A stretch of 60,995 nucleotides of DNA, counting the filler, from Jimgerdemannia flammicorona (Eukaryota): assembly GCA_003990765.1 (NCBI GenBank). It is 3 parts of 3 records of this genome, joined end to end, with 100 filler letters (N's around TTAATTAATTAA, not from the genome) between each part and the next. Parts side by side here need not be neighbours in the genome. Positions count along the whole stretch, not along the records: positions 1 to 20,268 come from RBNJ01001720.1; positions 20,369 to 40,635 come from RBNJ01001721.1; 1 more part is not named here. One strand, written 5' to 3'. Below are positions 13,873 through 24,965 of this stretch, one piece after another. Below the pieces are notes generated by a model. That model saw nothing but the letters and a program-made list of their open reading frames with translations, was not told where the DNA came from and did no database searches. How positions within the stretch are numbered: position 1 is the stretch's first letter; each line of letters starts with the position of its first letter. The position numbers and the translations under genes were made by a program.

Positions 13873-14337
13873 GTGCTGCTGCTGCTGCTGGTGCTGTTGC
13901 TGTTGCTGGTGTTGGTGGTGTTGGTGTTGGTGTTGGTGTTGGTATTGGTGTTGGTATTGGTGTTGGTGTTGCTGCTCTTTTGAAGGTAACGACGACGACC
14001 GGCCGGTGCCGTCATCGCTATGTTGTTCAACTTGAGGAGGTCTACGCGACGTTGTGGTAGATCTCTCGTCAACTTCATATTCGTGTGACGTCGCGCTGGG
14101 ACGTCCATCGTTCTTATAGGCCGGTCCAATACTCCGGGAGTCAAACGACGGCCTCCTGTTGTTGTTCTGGTCGATTCGTTGACCCATCGCTTGATTCGTG
14201 AAGAATGAGTCGGATTTTTGTCGCCTAACCTCTGCACGAGGCGCACTCACCGTCTGGGAGCGTTGGCGCGTCTTGGGTGGAGCAGGTTGCGGAGCCCCGG
14301 CGGCAGCATTAGGAATTTGTAGTGTGTTATACGACAT
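11002..14337 (-). CDS. Rab-GTPase-activating TBC-domain protein (Msb3/Msb4/GRTP1-like), 8 exons
   Basis: Exons approx. 14337-12983, 12882-12725, 12626-12580, 12408-12285, 12167-11669, 11537-11432, 11341-11300, 11199-11002, with GT-AG introns in consistent phases. Motifs RDAYGF, LKRFIRKGIP, IERDLHRTFP, IGYCQSLNYIA, EEEAFW, WFLTLF, VLRVWD, YEGHKILFRVAL. Confidence 0.93.
13710..13975 (-). repeat. CAG/CAC/CAA coding microsatellite (polyQ/QH tract) in TBC exon 1
   Basis: (CTG)n and (TTGGTG)n runs on the plus strand; about 85 residues, almost all Q/H. Confidence 0.95.
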
Positions 14338-16694
14338 AGTGTATACGTAGAGTCACTGGCGAGACGATCGCGAATGTATTGGGTTTGGTCGTTACAAAGT
14401 CTGCGAAGGCTGCAAAATGGGAAAAGGGTGTGAAGAGGTCCTTTCAAAGGACTTGGAGGGTGTGACTGGTGAAGAGCGAGGTAGTACGGGGCATGGAAAT
14501 GAATGTGTGGGATAAAAGACAAACAAGGCTTTTCGAGGGACCTCGTGTTGAGCGGTCGGTCGAGGGATGGTTGAAAAAGGAGAAAAGAGGAAAAGTGTTT
14601 ATTTACAATTGCAGCGGAGTCAAGTATGCACAAGCGCAAGGTGGTATAGTTTATTTGGAGCTAAGGCTCTCCGTGTGACGGTAGAACGGAGTTTTCTTTT
14701 TGGGGAGTTGTGTGATGGGGTGAGTGTGGCTGGGCGGGCTGCTGCAGTTTTTGACAGGGACGGCTAAATGGGCCGAGGAAGCGGTTGGGCTGTGGGGCAT
14801 TGGGCGAGCCCGCCGATGCCGCCATTCTGGGTCCAGTGCCAGCCGCCATGGCTCAAGAAAGCATGCTCTCACGCCTTCTTCATCTGCAACCCCAGGTCAC
14901 AAGCCATCCATTCGTGCGGACCCGGATTTCGCATTTGTGCCGTTGGCCAATCCCCTAAATCGGAGGGTGGCCTGGCCCAATTTACACTTAATAGACCAAC
15001 TCCCATACAAACCCTTCTGCTGTCCACACATAACACTACCACTGTACACCCTGTTAATACCACCCCAAATCACTAAATCATTTCAGCGCGAGTGATATGG
15101 TAAGCGTGTTTAACGAATGCATCGCACGTGCGACATTACATCCATCCAACAAATATATGAATCTGTCGCGTGAGATCCCATCGCACAGGCACCCCCGAAA
15201 TCTGCATTGCCCAAATGAGGTCAAATGATGCATCCCAGTACCAAGGTTGGCTCGACTGCGCTTTTGGCCATTGGGGCTCGGCTCGGTAATTCGCGCACTC
15301 AAGCTCCAACACCCCCACGTTTTGACGATCTTCAAAGGGATCCCCAATATCCCCACTGTATATAAGGCTCGTACTTTTACGGCATCTGGGTATCACGTCC
15401 TGCACGACACAAGATCGGTGTTCGATCCTCCCGATAACCATGTGCGAGACCCATGTGGCACCGCAAGTGATTATCACCGTGGGTGTGTGTACACCTCGCG
15501 GTACGAAAAAAAATTCTCACACGCTCCGGCGTCACCGAGTCCTTAATGAATGCATGTGCATAAGGCCGTAACGCCGTCTAACATAATTGTCCGATGCATC
15601 ATGATAAAATGGTGCTCAAGATGCATCTCTCAAAAATGACGTTTCTACTATCCCGTGCAGCAGCCATCCCACTCTCAGCAATTTTGATTACTTTCAATGT
15701 AAATATGGAATCGTGCCGCCCCCCTCCGTAATTTTAAGTGTGTATAACCACCCATCCAGTGGCAACCCACCGCGTACTGTGTGCATGAAAATAATCTGCA
15801 CAATCGAAAAAACTATCGCAGCGAGTTTCTCTCGGCCCGCACTAAGAACTCGTCCGAATTCATGCGCCAACATATAATATAGTTAAAATCACACACGGTA
15901 ACCCAATCCAGGAACAATCGCGGTATCGAGCTTGCCCTGTCTCACCCATGACTCATATTCTCATTTCCCACCGTCGGGTCGTTGCCTACGCTGGCCAAAT
16001 TGGGAATATGGATTTTCTTGCGGTCATTGGCGAAGGCCGCCGTCTAGCTGGGGCCCAAGAGGTTGAGAGAGAAATTCCGGAAGCCTGGTAAAATGGGTTA
16101 CCGATAGCTTGAGTCACGGCTTTTTGCTTTCCAGCTTACTGGAAATGAAACCCCCCGGTTTTTTTTTATTTTTTTATTTTTATACCAGTTTCAACATGCA
16201 GGGTTTCCACCACCACAATTTCCCTTCTTTCCCATTTTTCTAAATAAGAAGAAAACTGCCAAACAAGTAACAAACAACGACTGCAACGGCAATTGGATAT
16301 CAACCCATTCTACTATGCAACACAATTGAAATAGCCATAAACAAACCCGATGTCATCAAATATATCTATTATAAAATAGGGTTGTTTATGGCTATTTCAA
16401 TTGTGTTGCATAGTATGTCATGTTCATTCCTTCCTACGCGGATATCCGGATATTGATCTCCTAGAATGGCTATCTGAGCCCCATCGTATCTTTGGCAACA
16501 CACTTTTGAAAAGATGTATTTTTTTTTTTTTTTTTTTTCAAATTCTAAAAGTCAAATGTATTATTTTGGGCCATTGCGAGCCTTGTTTGTGCAACAATAC
16601 TATGGTGCATCACAAATCTCTGCGACGAAACTACGTCCGTTCATTCCAAGGCGAATGAGATTATTGACAAAAAGAATCTGTAACTAAAGAGACC

Positions 16695-17531
16695 TCACGT
16701 CTCCTGGTCCCTCCATCCCCCTCGCTCTTCCTCCACTTTCTCATTCCCCTTCGTCTCTTTCTCTTCCTCCACGCTCTCATTCCCCTTCGTCTCTTTCTCT
16801 TCCTTCACACTCTCATTCCCCTTCACCTCTTTCTCTTCCTCCACACTCTCAATTCCCAACCTCCTATACACAACGTCATCCACCACCTCAAACACCGTTT
16901 CCGTCGCCACCACCAATTCCTCCCACCTCCTCCCAATCGCAAACTCCCTCTGTTCCTCCACAAATTCTGACACGTCCTCAATCCCCAACAGGTCTTCCCC
17001 ACTGGCAAATCGCACCGCCATGCCCCCCTTCATCCCCAACTGTATTGCCCGTCTCTTCTCCTTCTCTCCCGTAGGCCCATGATCCGGATCCCATTGCAAC
17101 CGCACCTCCGATTCTGCCACGGCCCGTTGCCATGCCTCACGGTCGCCGTATACGGCCTCGACAAAGCTCGAATGCACTGCCGCGGCGACCAGCTCGTCGA
17201 AAAACGATCGTTTCAGTCGGATCGCCAGCGTCGCCTGTTGGTTCGTCTTCGTGCCCCACCCGCTCCGGTACATCATCCACAAAAAGTTGGTCTTGATCCA
17301 CGTCATCCGCGTCGGAGAGAAGTCGGAGCACCCGGCAAACCGTTGATGCGCCACCGCGTACCGCGCGATCGACGGCTTGTACGCTTGGTAGACCACCACA
17401 GAGGTCGCGTCGTGGTGCGCGAGGATGTGTCGCCCTTCCGAAGGCCAGAGGGGAACTTGCGTGAGGTAGGGAGTCGTGGTGAAGGATTGAGGCGTGGTTT
17501 GGGTGGTCTGGGTGGTCTGGGTGGAATCCAT
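16695..17531 (-). CDS. DUF4291 family protein with charged C-terminal 13-aa repeats
   Basis: Intronless; motifs VYQAY, RMTWIKTNFLWMMYRSGW, VRLQWDPD, RAIQLG typical of DUF4291; tail repeats EEKETKGNESV. Confidence 0.85.
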   Translation of the reverse strand: MDSTQTTQTTQTTPQSFTTTPYLTQVPLWPSEGRHILAHHDATSVVVYQAYKPSIARYAVAHQRFAGCSDFSPTRMTWIKTNFLWMMYRSGWGTKTNQQATLAIRLKRSFFDELVAAAVHSSFVEAVYGDREAWQRAVAESEVRLQWDPDHGPTGEKEKRRAIQLGMKGGMAVRFASGEDLLGIEDVSEFVEEQREFAIGRRWEELVVATETVFEVVDDVVYRRLGIESVEEEKEVKGNESVKEEKETKGNESVEEEKETKGNEKVEEERGGWRDQET

Positions 17532-17940
17532 TTTTTCGGTGTGATAATTGAAATAGATATATATATACTGCCTGCTGCGGCAGTCTTTGCTCTGGTCCCG
17601 TGCTCACAAGGAACAAATTGCCGTCTCGGATTATGTATCTACCTTTTGCATTCAAAATGCATACGTATTTTCCAATAAATGAAAAATAATGCGAAAATTG
17701 GTTGAATATTGAAATTCAGTTTGTAAGGCCGACCATCCAGTGATCGCCAAAGGTATTGGGAAAAGTTTGGGAAGCGTCTATTATGAACGTTCTTGGAACA
17801 AAGGCAGTCACGCTTCCAGGTGACGTATTGTTTTTGCCCTTTTGACATTTTAACCATAATAACCTCAACCCAGAATCCGGATTGATAATCTCTCTCTCCT
17901 GCCGTCCTACAACACCCATCCAGCACCTATTATCGCCACG

Positions 17941-18177
17941 ATGAGCTCCAAACACATCGACACCTCCATCCTGAACAAGGTCCCCAACCTCGTCTCCGAA
18001 GACCCCTCCATCGTCACCCCGACCAACTCCCGCTACAGCGACCCCCCCTGGGAATCTCTCTCGCGCCTTGCCGACGAAGCGACCGCCACTACAACCACCG
18101 CCACTGTGCCCGCCGAACAGACCAAAGCGACGACCACCAACGAGGCCGTGTCGAACCCCGCCTCGGGGTCGGGTTGA
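17941..18177 (+). CDS. Hypothetical 78-aa protein, divergent from the DUF4291 gene
   Basis: Good start context (GCCACGATG) and C-rich third positions like neighbouring genes; no recognisable domain. Confidence 0.45.
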   Translation: MSSKHIDTSILNKVPNLVSEDPSIVTPTNSRYSDPPWESLSRLADEATATTTTATVPAEQTKATTTNEAVSNPASGSG

Positions 18178-18217
18178 ATCGGGTCATCCGTTGCGGAGGA
18201 ACTTTTGATTATTGGGG

Positions 18218-18309
18218 CATAATATGGGGATTCGCAATTAAAAAGAGACTCTGTTATTAGTGTTATAACACTCCAAGTCGCTTTTTAATTGCCTCAACCT
18301 CATATGATG
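18218..18309. repeat. Small imperfect inverted repeat (MITE-like remnant or hairpin)
   Basis: GCAATTAAAAAGAGACT (18234) pairs 16/17 with AGTCGCTTTTTAATTGC (ending 18292); central 14-bp palindrome AGTGTTATAACACT. Confidence 0.7.
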
Positions 18310-18877
18310 TTTGATATGTAATGTTCTGATCCGTCTTTTTACCTTGTCCGGTGGACATTTGCCGGCGTTTTGGTTTAATCATCGCACTATAGTCGTATTG
18401 GTGTCTCGTCCACCACCCAGACAAACAATCACATATATTTAAAGAAAATCACGAAACGCAATATCCGTTGCCTAGCGGGTTGGGAATACGTGTAATTGGG
18501 GAACTTCATTTTTTCCGAACGCTGTTGCTGTTTCTCGTCCTTGGTCACCAACTTCTGAAACGTAGCATCCATACGCCCTGCGGCTGCCTATTAAAAAAGC
18601 ACGTCGCATCAGCTGGTATCGATTCGCTGGATGCGACAACACATTAACCTCAATGGATACCCAATAAATGGGCTGGCCCTGCGATTCGCTGCTATTCAGT
18701 CAGTGTTTCAGGACGGCTTACTATATTTACCTGTGGATTCTGATTCAAGTTGTGACCCCAAAATTTCTTGCAGTCATCGCAATAAAGAAAATGTATCTGA
18801 TGGACGGATCAGCACATGACGCTCAAAAAACGCGCTGCAAATTCCGTGACTGGAAACTCGGCGTGCTGATTGAAATG

Positions 18878-20150
18878 GAATCATTGGAGCGGAGATCTTT
18901 GATACAAACCGTGTACATGTATTGTGTGTGGGACCCTTTTTTTTTTCTCGCACGGATCCGTCATGGTATATTGCTCTTCGTGTCTCGGACCGGAAGCCAA
19001 GAGTTGATACCTTGTCAACCCCTCTGATGCATATTTCCCCCCTTCCAATTGTTGCTCTTCCCAAACGCCCACTCCCTGCACGAATGGTCAGAAATAGGGG
19101 GTACGCTATCCTCCGCGGGGCTTGTATCGCAGCACCTTCCCATTTGACACGATTTCAAAAATAGCGAGCATGGCCAGAACTAACACACTCGGCCAGAAGA
19201 GATGATTTCCATGACGAATAGTCTAACCCAGCCTTTCAGTCGCAAGGCGTGTGTGTTTGTGTGTGTCCGATTGACGGATCAGAAACTCAGTTCCACCGGT
19301 GTGCTGACAGAAAAGGAAGTTTTACGATCAGGGAAAGGTCGTTCGATTCGACATTGCGAATTATTGGAGCGGAGATCTTTGCTATAAACCATGTGCATGT
19401 ACTTTATTTTTTTTCTCGCACGGATCCGTCATTGTATATTGCTCTTCGTGTCTTGGACAGAGAGTCAAGAGTTGATACCTTGTCAACCCCTCTAATGCAT
19501 ATTTCCCCCCTTCCAATTTTGCTCTTCCCAAACGCCCTCCCCCTGCACGAATGATCAGGAAATATATTGTAATAAGGGTGTATCGCAACACCTATGTCGT
19601 TTGCATCTTCCCACCTGACATGATTTCAAAAATAGCGAGCATGGCCAGAACTAACACACTCGGCCAGAAGAGATGATTTCCATGACGAAGAATCTAACCC
19701 GGCCTTTCAGTGTGTGCTTGTGTGTCTGATTGACGGATCAGAAACTCAGCTCCACCGGTGTGCTGATAGAAAAGGAAGTTTTACGATCAGGGAAAGGTCG
19801 TTCGATTCGACATTGCGAATTATTGGAGCGGAGATCTTATGTGCATGTATTGCGTGTGGGGTACATTATTTTTTCTCGCACAGATCCGTCATTGTATATT
19901 GACCGAGAACCAAGAGTTGATACCCCGTCAACCACTCTGATGCATATTTCCACCCTTCCAATTTTTGCTCTTCCCACACGTCGCAAACGTCTTCTCCCTG
20001 CACGAATGAGCTTCTAGGGCCCGTGGAGGATAGCATACGTGTACCCGTATATTACAGTATATTTCCCGGTCCGACACCTACGCTGTTTCTACCTGACATC
20101 ATTTCGAACGGCCAGAAGAGATGAATTCCATGACGAAGAATCTAATCCAG
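18878..20150. repeat. Tandem repeat, ~460-480-bp unit, about 2.7 copies, function unknown
   Basis: Recurring ATTGGAGCGGAGATCTT (~18883, 19363, 19822) and CGGCCAGAAGAGATGA (~19190, 19661, 20109). Confidence 0.9.
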
Positions 20151-20268
20151 CCTCCTAGTGACAGTAAAGCGCAAGGCGCATATATTGAAGCTTTTTTAAA
20201 CAATAGAATTCTGTGGGGTTGGTGCCGTTGGTTGTTCCCCAGTGACCTGCGCTGCGCTGCAAAAAAAA

Positions 20269-20368
20269 NNNNNNNNNNNNNNNNNNNNNNNNNNNNNNNN
20301 NNNNNNNNNNNNTTAATTAATTAANNNNNNNNNNNNNNNNNNNNNNNNNNNNNNNNNNNNNNNNNNNN
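20269..20368. other. Assembly gap / contig linker
   Basis: N44-TTAATTAATTAA-N44, with stops in all six frames. Confidence 0.97.
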
Positions 20369-21860
20369 TTTTTTAAAGTCTCACAGATTTTTATTAGAAG
20401 AGAACCTAGACTATATAGGCCAAAACCCTTTTCCACCACCCTCTAAGCACTACACTCTCATTAACTTAGACTAGTTATTGTCCAGCAGCTCAACTATACT
20501 AGGTATAGCAGGAGTTATAAATCACCATATCTTATTCTATATACTATACTCTTTCTACTACTAGAGAGTAAATAACCATATATCTATAACTAAAGATATA
20601 TGCCTGAAACTCCAATATATATACAAGGCTAGGCCCAAGCTAATTTGCATAGCCTCTACTATCTCAAGTAGAGTGACAGATAAAAAAAACCCCTCATCAA
20701 AGTACAGAATAGTAGATAGAGTCTAATTCTCTCAGATGAGATAAGAGGAGACCTCCAATACTCTACTACTCAAGTCTGCAGGCCTTGATTATATTGCTAT
20801 ATTAGCTCTTGGTTCTAATTGAGTGCAGCCAAGATGTCTGATCTAGGTAGCCTTGGGCCCTCTAACTATTTTCAATAACTGGAGCCTAATCTCATATATT
20901 ATTAAAAGTAGCTGAGAGTAATATCTACTATCTAACCACTCTGTATCAATTAGAAGACCCCACTGATATAGTATCTGCCCCAGCCCTGATAACTGCCCCC
21001 AGTCTGGTACCCTACTGATTCACTATAATCACTATTTCTCCTATCTATAATTGGCTATCTTCTCTCTCATCTCAATTCTATAAAAACAGTCACTTATACC
21101 AGTACTACACTTACTAGAAAGCTTGCCAAAGTTCAGAGGGCCTCACTACAGATACTGAGAATCTACAGGTAACTTACACTGGTACTTGATACCCAAGGTT
21201 GACCAATAGTCTATATAGCTCATAATATACTCAGATAATATCTTATTGATAATAATAAAGAAAGAAGGTGCTGTATCAAAATAAATATACTCCAGATATA
21301 GCCAGAGATATTAGAAACTGTGAAAAAGTAGAGAAAGTACTGATATGACACCAATAAAGGGGTAACTCATCACCATTATCTCTCTTCCACTATGCTCTTA
21401 TAGATATAGTAAATCAACCTGAGATAAAGAGAGAAGAATAAAAAGAAAGAGACTCAGAAGATTGCCTATCAATCTTGTGACTGATATAGTAGTAGAGAAA
21501 AGAGGCCTACTCTTTCTCTCTTAAACACTATCAAGTTACTGATTACTGCAATCTTCCTACTATTCCTCTTATACATATATCCTCTCTATTAAATATCTAT
21601 AATGACTCCTCTGGAGGCCCCATCCTCTCCACCACCAAGACAGAATATCTATTATCAATCCCTCTCACCTTGCCACTCTCTCTCCCAAAAACATCCACTA
21701 CCTATCTTTGAATACATATTGCCAGTATCCAACCAATCTCACCTATATTACTAATATCTATCTAACTATAAGTAACTCATTGCCAACACTCCCTATTAGT
21801 CTCTCCCTTAGGCCATCCTATCTCCCCTCACTCTCACCAACCTGTCACTACACCCAAGAA
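20369..21860 (-). mobile_element. Decayed LINE 3' end (ORF2 C-terminus plus ~1.1-kb 3' extension)
   Basis: Reverse complement of ~21520-21860 resembles the ORF2 C-terminus at 40290-40630; the rest matches 46076-47250 and 22015-22565; T-tract at the gap edge. Confidence 0.75.
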
Positions 21861-22014
21861 TATTTAGATCTTATTATAATAGATATATGTATTAGTATAA
21901 TAGAATTATATATCAAGTGAATGAAAGAGGTTGATGACATATAGTGAATGGCAATCACATAATCAGATGATGACATCACATATAAATGAGTTGAATGAAA
22001 TGAGCAAGACCATC

Positions 22015-22501
22015 TTAGCTGCACTCAACTAGAACTGGGAGCTGACATGACAATGTGATTGAGGTCTACAGACTTGAGTAGTGGGGTATTTGGGGTCTCC
22101 TCCTGCCTCACATGTAAGTTCTTTACTTATCTTAACTGAGAGAACCAGGCCCTATCTACCATGATGTACTTTGATAAGAGTTTTTCTTTACCTATCATTC
22201 TTCTTGGAGTGGCAGAGACTATTCTATTTGGCTCAGGCATGGCCTTATATATATATTGGGATCTCAGGCATGTGCTTTTGATCATTGGTATATGGCTGGG
22301 TTCCCCCTGGTGGTAGAGAGAGCATGGTGTGCAGAATGAGATGTAGGCCAACATAGGCTCTGCTGCACCTGGCATAATTGAGCTGCTGGACAATAGCTAG
22401 CCTAGGTTAATGGGGGGGCAGTGCTTGATGGGTGGTGGGGAAGGGTTTTGATCTATTAGTCTAGGTTCTCTTCCAATAAAAATCTGTAGGACATTGAGTC
22501 C

Positions 22502-22565
<64 letters not shown>
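22015..22565 (+). mobile_element. Short 5'-truncated LINE tail with long polyA
   Basis: Inverted homology to 20375-20840 and 46100-46580; AATAAA near 22475 and ~60-nt A-tract. Confidence 0.8.
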
Positions 22566-22567
<2 letters not shown>

Positions 22568-22725
22568 AGCAAGATACAGAAAATGATATACCAAACACTT
22601 AGAACACTGAGCTATAGCTCACACTACAGCAAATATATTACTTAATCAATATATTATCTAAAGGGTTTGTTCTGAATATAAACAATGGTCCTGAGTATAA
22701 ACAGTTGTTCTAAACATAAACAGTG
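22566..22725 (-). mobile_element. Possible DNA-transposon end (CACTG start, three short subterminal repeats) truncating the Gypsy integrase
   Basis: Minus strand begins CACTGTTTATG; three copies of GTTCTGARYATAAACA-like text; CACTA/EnSpm assignment is tentative. Confidence 0.3.
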
Positions 22726-24965
22726 AGTAGGGATGATTATGTCTGAGACTTTTTATAGCCAAAAGGTGGTTTCTTTTATATTTTGCACAAAATAAGATCT
22801 TTCCCACTTAGGCTCCAGTTTTTGTGACCATAAAGCTTCCACTATATTCTGATACATCAGGACTTTATCTCCTATCTTGATAATCTCTAGGAACTTGTGA
22901 ATTTTTTCTATATTATTCTATTGTAGTGTCTGCACCTTAGTTATGTAATCTTCAGCCTTCTTTCTGATTTGATATAGCCTCCATATTTCTGTGTCCACAT
23001 GTTTCCATATAGTATCTCTATTGGACAATAGAGTTTCTTGAGAATTTTCTTCAAACAGCATCTCTCAAGAGGTGAAATGAGTACTTTGTAATCAGATATC
23101 CCAAAGAGCAGATAATGCTATTGTTAGATAGTGATCTCAATTTTTGTAGTTATCATAGAACTTGGTGATGACATTCTCAAGAGTCTTATTGGTCCTTTCT
23201 ACTTATCCATTTTCTTGAGAGTAGTATACTATAGTCTGAATATACTAGATCTTATACTTCTTATAGAGAACCTCAAAGAACTAGTTCACAAATTCTGTTT
23301 CTCTGTCTGTGGTTACTTATACTGGGGTCTTAAATTGGCAAATGATTTCTTTGTAGAAGAAATCAGCAATTGACTGTGTATTGACTTTCTTGAGAGATCC
23401 TACTTCTATCTATTTCATAAAAAGGTCTACAATGACTATGATGTATCAGTTGCCAATCAAAGTCAAGGGTAGAGGGCCAATCATATCCATTACAATGTGT
23501 GCAAATAGTACTAGTTCTATATATGCTGATCCTGGGATCTTATTTTGCTGGTCTTGTTTCTGTTTCTGATATTTATTACAGATATTGATAAATTGTCTGA
23601 TATCTTTCTCTATTCCTGGCCATCACATTGTTCTTCTTGCTTTATCATATGTGTTTATTCCTCCTAGATAGCCAAGTTCATATACTGATTTCATTGCTTA
23701 CTCCTTCTTATGTTTGGGTATAACTAATAGTTTTCCTTTCTTCAGTATTTCTCCATCAGTCTCAAATTGTTTCTATATTCTATTAATAATCATTTGTGTT
23801 CATTCTTCCAGATATTGGGACATTTTTTGCTATCTCAGATAGATGATGATTCTGTAGTAGAGCTTCTTATTATTTATGATTGATTTGCTAGTTAGGGGTC
23901 CTTTGGAGTATCTATAAGAGAGTATTTGCATTAGTATTGGTTCTTCTTAGACAGTACATGATGGTTATATCATAGGCTTGCAACTTCATAATCTATCTGG
24001 CATAGATTCCTTTAGGTTACCTAGTGGTCAGTAGTCAAGTGAGGGCTGAGTGGTCTATCTGAATAGTGAAGTATCTTCTGCTAGGTAGTAGTGAAACTTC
24101 TCTATAGCTTAGATAACTGTAAGACATTTTAACTTATAGGATTTATACTCTTTTTCAGCTTCTTGAGTTCCTTGGCTGAGATATATGATGATATATTCTA
24201 TCTTGTCTTTCTTCTGGGCCAGGACTGTTTCTAGTTCTTGGGACTTATATTTGTCTGCAGGATAAATTCTTGAGTCCAATCAGGTCTTCTGAGGATGGGT
24301 GTCTGGGTCAGTCTGACCTTAAGTTCATCAAATACTTTTTATTGTCTGCCAGTCTATTGGAACTTGGTATTCTTCTTGTTAAGTTTATTGATTGGGTCTG
24401 CAATGTTGGAGAATCCTCTGATAAATTTTTGGTAGTAAGAGATAAGCCTCATGAAGGCTTGAGCTTTAGTAACTATGGTGAGCCTTAGGTATGCTACTAC
24501 TGCTTGAATCTTGAGGGGGTCTATGTGTGTTTCATATTGATTGATGATATGGCTAAGATAGATAATCTCAATTTCTGCAAACTTATACTTCTCAAGCTTG
24601 ATGTAAAGACTATACTATCTTAGCTTCTCTATCATCTGCTGAATATACTGCAGATATTCTTTAGCTGTCTTGCTGTAGATGATATCATAATCTACATAAA
24701 CTATCATCCATCTTCCCATGTTATAGTGAAAGATTTTATTCATTATTTGCTGGAAGCTCACAGAGATATTGTACATTCTGAATGATATTTGCAGATAGAC
24801 ATAGATTCTGTCTGGGGTAATGAAAACTGGCTTTTTGCTTACTGTTTCAGTGAGACCAATTTGGTAGAATTCTGAGTATAAGTCTAAGATACTACAGTAC
24901 TGTACTTCATCTCTCAAGTTACAAGAATGTTACTAATGAGGGGTAATAATTGTCAATGTTTCTAT

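Noticed and set aside
13380..14246. PolyS, polyA and polyL ORFs in other frames
   Set aside because: Shadows of the CAG tract in the TBC gene.
17079..17678. Overlapping ORFs on DUF4291 (also antisense ORFs over 5568-6278, 7946-9346 and 49432-50184)
   Set aside because: GC-rich shadow frames of real genes.
19239..19360. Possible tRNA gene or hammerhead ribozyme in the tandem repeat
   Set aside because: T-arm present but no D-arm or anticodon arm; the CTGATTGA..GAAA text does not give a proper hammerhead core.
20313..20324. TTAATTAATTAA palindromes within N-runs (also 40680-40691)
   Set aside because: Artificial contig linkers; adjacency across them is not biological evidence.
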